A stretch of 64,000 nucleotides of DNA, taken from Alphaproteobacteria bacterium. Its GTDB lineage: Bacteria > Pseudomonadota > Alphaproteobacteria > MPNO01 > UBA830. Below are positions 20,971 through 29,854 of the stretch, piece by piece. The DNA is taken from NCBI GenBank assembly GCA_965243135.1, contig OZ251539.1, positions 3,200,001 through 3,264,000 on the forward strand. Reading direction: 5' to 3'. The notes under the pieces are model-generated. The model was not told the DNA's origin, made no database searches, and saw nothing but the letters and a program-made list of their open reading frames with translations. The position numbers and the translations under genes were made by a program. Numbering within the stretch: the stretch's first letter is position 1; every line of letters starts with the position of its first letter.

Positions 20971-21734
20971 TCACGCTGCATTGCAGACGTGCGTCTTGTG
21001 GGCGCGGCAGAAATTGTAGTGCACGAAGTAAAGCGACAGCATGTGAAGATGGTTCTCAATCTTCTTGCTGAACGCATAGGCAGCCGGGTGAACCGGCGCA
21101 TCCCCATCCGCATGGTCAGATTGTGACGTTCGACATGGCTGATCGAAAACTGCCTTGGGTCGGGGCACCCTCCATCCGCCACGTCATGGTCCCGGTACAC
21201 GTCCAAGGCGAGCACTCGTGCTCTGCGCCCTTCCCTTGTTCTCGCCATCATGCAGCTTAACTGTCATGGTGTAGCCGATATCCCGCCGAACGCGCCCTCG
21301 ACAGCGGCCAGATACACCTTATGGTCGTCCGTCGTTAGCTGCACCCGACTGCCAGCTACGCCCGCAGATCGTCCATGAGACCGGTTGCCGTCGCCCCCGA
21401 GCGACCTCCGACCCGGCACGATAGGACATCTTGCTATCGGTGCACAGCGCGGTCCAAGTCCATACATCGCCAGCATCGACCGGCGCGGCCTTTGCGTGCG
21501 GGATATTCTTCTCTTTCGCGTACCAGAAAATCCAAATCTCGTCGCACTGAACCTCGCGGGCTTCGACATCGCGCTGCCTCATCGTGACACGCGGCGCAAG
21601 CCTCGCCCGCTTCGACCTCAGCTCGGTGACGGTGTTGATTGACCCCCGCCAGCCGCGTCTTCAAACGCACCGATATCCCCTCGACCGGCATGGTCGGGAT
21701 CATCGTACGCTTTTCCTGAAGGGAGCCTGTTCAT
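20971..21734 (-). mobile_element. Degenerate IS1-family-like DDE transposase (multiple frameshifts)
   Basis: Fragments in shifting frames: MNRLP..KR, INTVT, EAGEACAACHDE, VQCDEIW..YAKEKN, GDVWTWTAL, RVQLTTDDHKVYLAAVEGAFGG, SHVERHNLTMRMGMRRFTRL, AFSKKIENHLHMLSLYFVHYNFCRAHKT. Confidence 0.8.
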
Positions 21735-21736
21735 GC

Positions 21737-21762
21737 CCTCGGCAATAGTCCTATCGCCGAGG
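21737..21762. terminator. Hairpin between the MTase-HNH stop and the transposase start
   Basis: CCTCGGCAATAG-TC-CTATCGCCGAGG, a 12-bp stem with one G-U-compatible mismatch. Confidence 0.45.
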
Positions 21763-21778
21763 ATTATTTCACCGCAAT

Positions 21779-23086
21779 TTAGGCTGCGATATGCAACTTG
21801 GCCCGGAGATATTCCATGCCCCGATGTCCTTTCACGCGGTTGCAGTGCCCGCAAAGCAACTGGAGGTTTTCGAGATGATCCGTACCACCCTTCGCACGGG
21901 GCACTATATGATCGACTTCAAGGTTCTGCGGCGGAAAATGCAGCTGGCAGCCGGTGCAAAACCCGCCCTGTTCACCGTAAAGGTATCGCTTGTTCTTGGC
22001 GTGGTCGTATCGGAGAACGACGCCAATGTCCGTGCGGGAGGGGATGTCCGTCCGATGCGCTCCTTGAAAGAATAGACCGAGCTCGTTCCTCATGCGCTGG
22101 GCAACGAGTTCCGCCGCCTTTTCGCTAATGTCGATGCCTGCCCACTGGCGCTGTAGATTTTGCGCCGCGATACAGGCTGTCGCACAGCCACAAAACGGAT
22201 CCAGCACCATATCGCCTTCGTTCGACGACGCACGAATGATCCTGTCCAACAGCTTTAACGGTTTCTGCGTCGGATAACCAACGCGTTCTTTCTTCAATCG
22301 TCCGACCGGAGAAAACCCAGTCCACCAAGTCTCGGGGACTTTGCCAACCCTCAAGTATTCGTCTCGTTGGTCAGACGTGAGTGCCTCGTGGATCATCGCA
22401 CCAGCCTGGTTGGTGTTCAACTTCTTGTGGGGGACACGGATGTCCTCGCGGTTGAAGGTCCACGTCTTCCCAACCGTGTACCACAACAGCGTATCGTGCT
22501 TCCGGTTAAATTGGCGCATTCCCGGCGAGCCTGGCCCCGTGTAGCACCAGACGATTTCATTCCGAAACGCCTTGCGCCCAAAGATCGCGTCCATGACGAG
22601 CTTGAGGTATGCGCCCATCGTCGGGTCGCAGTGGAGGTAGATCGAGCCGGCAGGCTTCAAGAGCCGCCGCATTTCGAGCAGCCGCGCCGCCATGTAGGCG
22701 AGATAGGACTTGTCGCTATCCGTCATCGCCGCGAGCAGCACGCGGTAGAGCACGGGATGCTTGGCCTCGATCAGGTTGATCCATTCGACGTCCACATCCG
22801 AAAGCGTCCAGATGTCCTTGAACGCCGCGCCCGCCGCCTTGGACCCTATCGGTGCTGCATAGTTGGCTTTGGAGTTGAACGGCGGGTCGAGATAGATCAG
22901 GTCAACCGACGCGCTGTTCATCCCTCGCATGATGGAGATGTTGTCCCCGGTCCAGATTGTCTGGTTGGCCCAGTTCGGATCGCCTACTTGATTCGGGCTG
23001 GCGGGCTGGCGGGCTGGCGGGCTGGCGGGCTGGCGGGCTGGCGGGCTGGCCCTTTTCAGGGTACCCGTTCTGTCGGGGCTTGTCAC
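21779..23086 (-). CDS. Beta-class N6A/N4C DNA methyltransferase fused to a C-terminal HNH domain
   Basis: IYLDPPFNS (motif IV) precedes YPTQKP and LDPFCGCAT (motif I). C-terminal CTGC...EVDHIVPRAKGGTDHLENLQLLCGHCNRVK. The GTG start at 23086 overlaps the upstream TGA. Confidence 0.88.
   Translation of the reverse strand: MTSPDRTGTLKRASPPARQPASPPARQPASPNQVGDPNWANQTIWTGDNISIMRGMNSASVDLIYLDPPFNSKANYAAPIGSKAAGAAFKDIWTLSDVDVEWINLIEAKHPVLYRVLLAAMTDSDKSYLAYMAARLLEMRRLLKPAGSIYLHCDPTMGAYLKLVMDAIFGRKAFRNEIVWCYTGPGSPGMRQFNRKHDTLLWYTVGKTWTFNREDIRVPHKKLNTNQAGAMIHEALTSDQRDEYLRVGKVPETWWTGFSPVGRLKKERVGYPTQKPLKLLDRIIRASSNEGDMVLDPFCGCATACIAAQNLQRQWAGIDISEKAAELVAQRMRNELGLFFQGAHRTDIPSRTDIGVVLRYDHAKNKRYLYGEQGGFCTGCQLHFPPQNLEVDHIVPRAKGGTDHLENLQLLCGHCNRVKGHRGMEYLRAKLHIAA
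22994..23049. repeat. Perfect 8-bp tandem repeat (CGGGCTGG)7, (CCAGCCCG)7 on the coding strand
   Basis: Read directly. It lies within the 5' coding region of the MTase-HNH ORF and encodes ASPPARQP repeats. Confidence 0.95.
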
Positions 23087-23319
23087 TCTTTGTTGCCCCA
23101 CCGCACGGATGCCGCTGCTGCCACGATTTCGCTCTGGCGTTCCGGCTTCAAGGATGTAGCGTGGGCCTTTCCGCCCATGCGGCCGCCTTTTGCCCTGTTC
23201 GAGCAGCAGGGTTTCGCGTCAAGGGTCTTCGCGATTTCGCTTGTGGCGATCTTTCCTACCGTGACGAAGCACCCTACTGGATCGGCAGGGTGTCGCTCTC
23301 CTCGCGATCCTGTCAGCAT
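23083..23319 (-). CDS. Small basic protein of the kind found beside IS1-like transposases (possibly decaying)
   Basis: GERHPADPVG...KIATSEI...AKGGRMGGKAHATSLKPERQSEIVAAAASVRW fits a GGxARAxxLxxERRxEIAxxAAxxRW-type motif. Confidence 0.6.
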   Translation of the reverse strand: MLTGSRGERHPADPVGCFVTVGKIATSEIAKTLDAKPCCSNRAKGGRMGGKAHATSLKPERQSEIVAAAASVRWGNKE

Positions 23320-23401
23320 GGTCAGCCTGTTCTCCTTCCATGAATTTTGTCGTTTCCTCTACCCTCTGTCAATGCATAATATGGAATGCGTCGGGAAACC
23401 G

Positions 23402-23422
23402 ATTTCAAACTGAGACACTACC
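23402..23422 (-). mobile_element. Putative IS1-family terminal inverted repeat
   Basis: Reverse complement GGTAGTGTCTCAGTTTGAAAT fits the GGnnnTG end of IS1-family elements. No partner end was found. Confidence 0.5.
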
Positions 23423-23928
23423 ACATGGCGCGTTGCATTGACGCGCCGGAATATGGCTGCCAATCTTCTCGGAAAGCCGAACCGGCGAGGGGTGCGGTCT
23501 GGTTTGGTCTCTTCACCGCACAGGTGGCGCTGATCGTTTTCAGTGGGGACCTTTGCCAGATCTGGCTGCACGAGCCGGAGACGGGAATCACGGTACCTCG
23601 TCCGCCATGGAGAATGGAACGATGCAATCCGCTCGCGAAACACGGGATGTCCGCCAAAGATGTCCGTAGATACAAGGCTTGGTCTCCTTTTCCTTCCGTA
23701 TACGGTCGGTTGCCGAAGACTGTTGGACGGCTCTGCCGGATACCCGTCGGATGTCCTGCTGTTGTTCGGCAGATCGAGACCGTGCGCCACGCTGTCGGTG
23801 CCGCCACGCACGGCGCGTGGCTCGTCCGGGCAATTCCGCTCAGTAGCGACTTCGCGGAGTTGTTTCTGTTATCCGTGTGCAATCCCGGGTTCTGCCGCGT
23901 CGGTTCCTCGTGATCTGGATGCAGCAAG

Positions 23929-26112
23929 ATGAACGCCCGTGTCGCCGGTGCCCTTTCTGGAGACCAGTCGCTGGATCTGCCGTTTAGGCCGCGCGCGCGC
24001 ATTCTTCAGCTTCTCGGAGACGAACTCATCGGTTCGCCTCGAATTGCCATCTTCGAGTTGGTTAAAAATGCTTACGACGCCGATGCCGAGACGGTATGCG
24101 TGGTCATGAACGATATCGACAATTCCGAGGCGTCGATCATTATCCAGGATGATGGCGAAGGCATGACGCTGAAAACCATCCGCAACATCTGGCTGGTCCC
24201 CGGACACGACCATCGCGCACGGCAGCGTGCAGCCCACGAACGGACCCGTCTGGGCCGCCTGCCGCTTGGGGAAAAAGGGCTTGGCCGGTTCGCGGCCCAC
24301 AAGCTCGGGGATCGTATCGAAGTCGTGACGCGGGCGGCGAATGCGAAGGAATGCGTCGTTTCCATTGACTGGACCAAGCTGCTTCGGCGAACGGACCTTT
24401 CGGACGCGAAGGTTCGAGTGGAAACGCGCGCCCCCGAGATATTTCGGAAAAAGCTGACGGGAACACGGATAACGATTTCCAGACTCCGCGAGAAGAACTG
24501 GACCCGCGGCGAGGTGCGCCGTCTGCAGCGACAGGTCACCTCCATTTCGTCGCCATTTACCGGGGTAACCGACGAATTCACTCCGAAGTTGGAGGTACCC
24601 GGTCATAAAGACTGGCTGACCGACGTGCCGGACATCGGCGCCCTGTTGAAACGGGCGCCATGGGATTACGAATTCCGTTTCGATCAAGGCCTTTTCAACT
24701 GGCGTTACCGTTTCCGGGGTATCCACGGCATCAATCTCCAGCCCCGCGAACTCCCCGAAATCGAGCAACCGCTCCAGGTTCGGTCCGAGCGCGACCTGGA
24801 CCCGTTCGGCCAAGACGACGAGGATGGCCGCCGCCGCCGAAGTTCCGTCATTGCGGATGCATCCTTCGCGGAGGGCATCGGCCCGGTCACGGGCGAGTTT
24901 TTCGTCTTCGACAGGGATCCTGCCGTGCTGGCCCGGTTGGGCGAGCGCCAGCTCATTCGGGAATATCTGGACGAGAACGGCGGCATTCGCGTGTATCGCG
25001 ACGGTATACGGGTCTACAACTATGGAGAACCGGACGACGACTGGCTGGGACTCGACTTGCGGCGAGTCAACCTGCCGACACGCAATCTCAGCAAGAATAT
25101 CGTCGTGGGCGCGGTCAATCTTTCGCTGGAAGACAGCCACGGTCTGATGGAAAAAACGAACCGGGAAGGATTTGTTGAAAATCAGGCATTACGGCAATTG
25201 AAACGAATTGTTATCGGCGCACTGACTCCGCTGGAAGTAGAACGCAAGAAAGACAAGGACAAGATACGGCAGCTTACGGGTCGTGGCAAAAAATCGGAAA
25301 CGCGGCGCATACGACAGCCGCTACAGGAACTCCGTCGCGCAGCTCGCAAGCATAACGTACTTGAGCAACTCGAACCCATAATAGATCGCGTGGAGAAGGA
25401 GTACGACGAATTGCGGAACCTCATGCTGCGCGCAGGACTTTCCGGGATGGGGCTCGCTGTTGTCTTCCACGAAGTTGAACAGGGCGTTCGAGGGCTTTGC
25501 AACCTGATCGAGGCAGGCGGAGAGCACAAGGTCATCCGATCAAGCGCACGCCAACTTGCGCGCGTCTTGAATGGATTCACCGTTCTGTTGCGCAAGGACT
25601 CCAGCCGGTCGAACAGCCTGAAGAAGCTCGTGCGCCGGATCCACGACATCAACAGTGTCCGGTTCCAGAAGCATCGGGTTCGCCTAGACAGCCCAACGCT
25701 GCACGGCGACTCGCCGGACGTCAAGGCGGATTTCTCATTCGGTCTCGCGCTCGGCGCGCTGAACAATCTGCTCGACAACGCCTTCTACTGGCTTCGGGTC
25801 CGCTGGCCGGACGCAGACGACGAGCCGTTGGAGCGGGCGATCTACATGAATACAAGCCTTGATCTGGCGGACGGACCCGCCATCGTCGTCGCCGATACCG
25901 GACCCGGATTCTCCGACGGACCGGAAGAGTTGACAAGCCCGTTCTTCAGTCGCCGTCCGGAGGGAATGGGACTCGGGCTCTATTACGCCAGTCTCGTGAT
26001 GGAACTCGGAGGCGGAAAACTTGCGTTCCCTGACGCGAGTGAAGTAGGTGTACCGGAAGAGTTCGCCGGCGCCGTTCTGGCTCTGGTTTTTCCAAAGGAG
26101 AAGCAGCCGTGA
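23929..26112 (+). CDS. MORC-type GHKL ATPase fused to a histidine kinase (copy 2)
   Basis: ELVKNAYDADA, DDGEGM, GEKGLGRFAAHKLG, GTRITI, GIRVYRDG..DWLGLDLRR and EKTNREG. Kinase H-box VFHEVE, NNLLDNA, DTGPGF, PFF and GMGLGLY. Confidence 0.9.
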   Translation: MNARVAGALSGDQSLDLPFRPRARILQLLGDELIGSPRIAIFELVKNAYDADAETVCVVMNDIDNSEASIIIQDDGEGMTLKTIRNIWLVPGHDHRARQRAAHERTRLGRLPLGEKGLGRFAAHKLGDRIEVVTRAANAKECVVSIDWTKLLRRTDLSDAKVRVETRAPEIFRKKLTGTRITISRLREKNWTRGEVRRLQRQVTSISSPFTGVTDEFTPKLEVPGHKDWLTDVPDIGALLKRAPWDYEFRFDQGLFNWRYRFRGIHGINLQPRELPEIEQPLQVRSERDLDPFGQDDEDGRRRRSSVIADASFAEGIGPVTGEFFVFDRDPAVLARLGERQLIREYLDENGGIRVYRDGIRVYNYGEPDDDWLGLDLRRVNLPTRNLSKNIVVGAVNLSLEDSHGLMEKTNREGFVENQALRQLKRIVIGALTPLEVERKKDKDKIRQLTGRGKKSETRRIRQPLQELRRAARKHNVLEQLEPIIDRVEKEYDELRNLMLRAGLSGMGLAVVFHEVEQGVRGLCNLIEAGGEHKVIRSSARQLARVLNGFTVLLRKDSSRSNSLKKLVRRIHDINSVRFQKHRVRLDSPTLHGDSPDVKADFSFGLALGALNNLLDNAFYWLRVRWPDADDEPLERAIYMNTSLDLADGPAIVVADTGPGFSDGPEELTSPFFSRRPEGMGLGLYYASLVMELGGGKLAFPDASEVGVPEEFAGAVLALVFPKEKQP

Positions 26113-27422
26113 TACCGCCCAGCTACGTAGTCGTGGACAACAGGGAGGAACACCTGAAGGCCATTCTGGAGGTGTTTCAACGGCTCGAAACGCCCTGTCT
26201 GGGAATCCGCTACGATCCTGCGGACGGTATCGGGGAAAGGAAGCTCCGGAACGTTCGGGTCCTGTTTCTGGACTTGCACCTCATCGATGCCTCGGCGACT
26301 ACGGACGAGAGGCAGCACTATACGGCGATCGCTGGCATACTTCGGGATAACGTCAGCCCGGACGGAGGGCCTTTCGTTCTGGTTGTCTGGACCGAGTACG
26401 AGGACAAGGCGGAAGGACTCGGGAATTACCTGAACGAAGACGCCGATCTGGGGTTTGGCGTGCCTCTTGAGATTATCATACTGCCAAAGAGTGAATTCAT
26501 CGATACCAATTCGGGCGAGCCCCTTCCAGGCAATACGCTGCGCGAAAGAGTTCAGGATGCGATTTCCAAGAACCCTCGGCTCAACGCTTTGCTGTCGTGG
26601 GAGGCGGACGTTCAGGCGGCCGCCGGAGAAACGCTCGCGGAGTTGATGAAACTCGTTCCCGACGACAAGCGAAACGCTGGTCAGTACGACGCCGGGCTAG
26701 ACGAGGTGCTGAGCGGCCTCGCAAGTGCAGCCGTTGGAAGAGATCATGTGGACGACGACCCGCGTGGCGCGATCTCTTCCGTTCTCGCCCCGATACTGGC
26801 TGACAGAATTCTCAACCAAGAGAACAAATCCTTAGAGTTATGGAACGAAGCGATTACCCAGCACCGAAACGGCGAAATACCGTCGACGCCGCAAAACAGC
26901 GGCCGGGTCAACCGCTTGCTGCATGTGGCGGTTACTTCGTCGGAGAAAATCGCCCCTAGCGACTGGGGCGCCGTCGTGGAGCTTCCTTCCGAATTGCGGG
27001 ACGACGACGGATTTCAGGACCGCTTCAGCGTGGATAGAGACGGACTTCTCGATAAGGAATTCAAACTCAAAAACGAAGGAGACTACGCCCGGTGCCGCTG
27101 GAGGCTTGTCCGTATCGGAGCTGCGTGCGACTACGCGCAAAATCGTTCCGGTCCGATTCCGTATTTGCTCGGAATTGAAATTCCGCATGACGTCAGACGG
27201 GATCAGCCGTCGGCAGCGGAGTGGAAATCACCCGTTCTCCTTAGCGACTCGAACGACGAACCGTTCAACCTCGCTGTCAACGCGCGTTATTCCCTGAGCG
27301 TTGCGCCGACCGACATTGGGGAATGGAACTCCGTTTACCGACTTCGCGAACAATTGCTTATGCAGCTTATCTCTCATGTCAGCGGCTATCTTTCCCGGCC
27401 CGGCATCATAGCATTGTACTAA
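26109..27422 (+). CDS. Receiver-domain protein with unknown C-terminal domain (copy 2, intact)
   Basis: VVVDN, VLFLDLHL (phosphoacceptor D), VVWT and LPK form the REC motifs. C-terminal IGAACDYAQ...SRPG. GTGA overlap with the kinase. Confidence 0.8.
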   Translation: MIPPSYVVVDNREEHLKAILEVFQRLETPCLGIRYDPADGIGERKLRNVRVLFLDLHLIDASATTDERQHYTAIAGILRDNVSPDGGPFVLVVWTEYEDKAEGLGNYLNEDADLGFGVPLEIIILPKSEFIDTNSGEPLPGNTLRERVQDAISKNPRLNALLSWEADVQAAAGETLAELMKLVPDDKRNAGQYDAGLDEVLSGLASAAVGRDHVDDDPRGAISSVLAPILADRILNQENKSLELWNEAITQHRNGEIPSTPQNSGRVNRLLHVAVTSSEKIAPSDWGAVVELPSELRDDDGFQDRFSVDRDGLLDKEFKLKNEGDYARCRWRLVRIGAACDYAQNRSGPIPYLLGIEIPHDVRRDQPSAAEWKSPVLLSDSNDEPFNLAVNARYSLSVAPTDIGEWNSVYRLREQLLMQLISHVSGYLSRPGIIALY

Positions 27423-27903
27423 TCACTTCCCGGGAGTCCTTCAGACCAACATAAGTTCCTTCGTTCCGCCGTCGCCCTCCTGAATACAGAATTCTGCCTC
27501 CCGGAAACGCTGGACAGCCGGAACTGCAAGCAGAGCGGTTACCCGATCCCGCATGGGGAGCACTGTGCATAGTCGCGGGACGGTTCGGCGGCAGTTTTGC
27601 ACATACAGCGAGCCCGGGTCGTCCCATTCGTTTCGGAGCACGAACGAAATGCAATCGTGCGTACAGTTGATGGTCGAAGCGTCTGCGGCAACTCTGGAAA
27701 ATTTCAAGAGGTCCGTTCGCCAGCGACGATCTGTATCGCAGACCGCAAGTTGTCCGACGAGCCGAGAGCCGCGCCCGACTTTGGTAACGGGTTGTCGATG
27801 ACTGTTATTATCATCGGTAACGTTGTCTACGTTTACGCCTGCCCCCGAGGAATCACTCGCCATCGTAGTGGATCATGTGATCGGGAGCATCGCAGGGTTA
27901 GAC

Positions 27904-29850
27904 CTACGTTTTCCGGGCAATGACTTTCGTAAGTACCTGCGGAAGAATGGCGACTCCGAAGAGACCGAGCCCTGCCAACGGATAGTACAACCCGGGACCG
28001 ATCAGAAGCAGGCCGCCGACGAAGGCAAGCAGGCGCTGAAGCGAACCGAGCGCCGAAACGGCGTAGCCCCGGATGGCGGTCGCGAGCGCGGTCGCGCCGA
28101 GCACGGCGGTGACAAGGGCGAGCAATACTGCGGTTGCACTGCCCCGCATCAGCAATCCTTCGTTGAGAACGAACGCGAACGGGATCAGAAACGCGGCGAT
28201 GCCCAGTCTCACCGCCTCCCAACCGGTGAGCCAGACGCGGCTTCCCGCGATGCCGGAAGTGACGAAGACGGCGATGCAGGTCGGCGGCGTGAAAAACGAC
28301 GCGAGACCCCAATAGATCACGTATAGATGCGCCGCGATATCGGGGACCCCGAGCCGCACGAGCGCAGGCGCCATCAGCGTCGCGAGCGTGATGTACGCGG
28401 GCGTCGCGTCGAGTCCCATTCCCACGATCAGGCTCACGATCCCGACGAAAAGCAGGGTGAGGATGAGGTCGCCGCCGGCCAGGTCGACGATGAAGCGCGA
28501 AAACTTGATGCCGACGCCGGACAGTTCGAGCGCTCCGATCATGATGCCGACGGCCGCGGTGATCGCGGCGATCGTTATCCAGCGGACGACGGCGTCCTCG
28601 AAGGCGGCGACGATGCGTCGCGGAGTCAGCCAGTGCGCGCGGTCCCCGGAAAGGAAACTGACCGCGACGACGAACGCGCAGCTGTAGATCGCGGCCATTC
28701 CGGGCGGCAGCGACTTGAAGACCAGAAAGTAGACCAGCGCGGCGATCGGAATGAAATAGTACCAGCCCCGCCGAAGCGTCGGCGCAAGCGGGGGAAGTTC
28801 GCCGCGCGGCAACGCCGCGATGCCCTGTTTGCGCGCCTGCAGATGCACGGACACGAACACGATCAGAAAATAAAGGCCCGCCGGCGCCGCGGCGGCGATC
28901 ACGATCTCCGTGTAGGTCGTCTCGATCCATTCGGCCATGATGAACGCGATCGCGCCCATGACGGGCGGCAGGATGATTCCGCCGGTGGACGCGACCGCCT
29001 CGACCGCCGCGGCGAAGGCTGGCGTGTAGCCGATGTTCTTCATGAGCGGGATGGTGAACACGCCCGTGGTCGCCGAGTTGCCCGACGGCGAACCGGAAAT
29101 CGATCCGAACATGGCGCTCGCGACGACGGCCGCCTTGGCCGGCCCTCCGCGCGACCAGCCCGTCAACCCGAGCGCAATGTCCATGAACCATCTGCTGGCG
29201 CCCGCGCCTTCCATCAGCGCCCCGAAAATGAGGAAGACGATCACGATGTTCGCCGCGATGCCGAGCGGCAGCCCGAAAATGCCGGCCTCGCTCACGTAGG
29301 CCGAATAGAGCATGCGGTCGAGCGGATAACCCCGGCCGTACAGGAGGCCCGGCAGATACTGCTGAAAAATCGTGACCAGAACGAAAAAGAGAATGATGGC
29401 CGGCAGAACCCAGCCGGTCGTTCGCCGCACGGCCTCCAGAACCGGAACGGCGAGCATTGCGCCGAGAATTATCCCCTTGGCGTCGAGAAACCCGTACTCG
29501 CCATAGTCGAGAATGGCCTCGTGATCGACGATCACGAAGCCGGCGCCGACCAGCCCCGAAGCCAGCAGCAGCAAATCGTACCAGGGCGCCCGTCGAAAGC
29601 GTGAGTCGGCCCTGGTGTCCTCGCCATGCTTCTTGCCGGCCGCAGGCAGCAAAATGAAAATCAGCGCCATCGCGCACGAGATGCTGACCGCCTTGTGCAC
29701 CTGGGTCGGCAGAAAGATGCCGAGCCATGTCGGCCCCTGCGCCACGACCACCAGATGGTAGACGGCGACCAGCGACGCGAACCATGCGAGCGCGCCGACG
29801 CCGCGCTTTGCCGGTTCTCCTTGCCGCGGCCCTTCCTGCCGCGCTCGCAT
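27904..29850 (-). CDS. TAXI-TRAP transporter fused 4TM/12TM permease
   Basis: Highly hydrophobic, with LEAVRRTTG, GIFGLP, RGGPAKAAVVASAMFGSISGS, AVEAVASTGG..PPVMG and FTPP. Confidence 0.92.
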   Translation of the reverse strand: MRARQEGPRQGEPAKRGVGALAWFASLVAVYHLVVVAQGPTWLGIFLPTQVHKAVSISCAMALIFILLPAAGKKHGEDTRADSRFRRAPWYDLLLLASGLVGAGFVIVDHEAILDYGEYGFLDAKGIILGAMLAVPVLEAVRRTTGWVLPAIILFFVLVTIFQQYLPGLLYGRGYPLDRMLYSAYVSEAGIFGLPLGIAANIVIVFLIFGALMEGAGASRWFMDIALGLTGWSRGGPAKAAVVASAMFGSISGSPSGNSATTGVFTIPLMKNIGYTPAFAAAVEAVASTGGIILPPVMGAIAFIMAEWIETTYTEIVIAAAAPAGLYFLIVFVSVHLQARKQGIAALPRGELPPLAPTLRRGWYYFIPIAALVYFLVFKSLPPGMAAIYSCAFVVAVSFLSGDRAHWLTPRRIVAAFEDAVVRWITIAAITAAVGIMIGALELSGVGIKFSRFIVDLAGGDLILTLLFVGIVSLIVGMGLDATPAYITLATLMAPALVRLGVPDIAAHLYVIYWGLASFFTPPTCIAVFVTSGIAGSRVWLTGWEAVRLGIAAFLIPFAFVLNEGLLMRGSATAVLLALVTAVLGATALATAIRGYAVSALGSLQRLLAFVGGLLLIGPGLYYPLAGLGLFGVAILPQVLTKVIARKT

Positions 29851-29854
29851 CGCC

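Noticed and set aside
22994-23049. Tandem repeat as a CRISPR array
   Set aside because: The 8-bp units are contiguous with no spacers, and there are no cas genes.
23386-23913. 175-aa ORF upstream of kinase 2
   Set aside because: It spans the putative IS end and has no RBS or recognisable motif.
27441-27863. 140-aa ORF at the island's right edge
   Set aside because: No motif or codon-pattern support; probably spacer or debris.
2308-27900. tRNA-derived att site bounding the defence island
   Set aside because: The island lies 5' of the tRNA, and I found no second copy of the tRNA 3' end and no integrase in the window.
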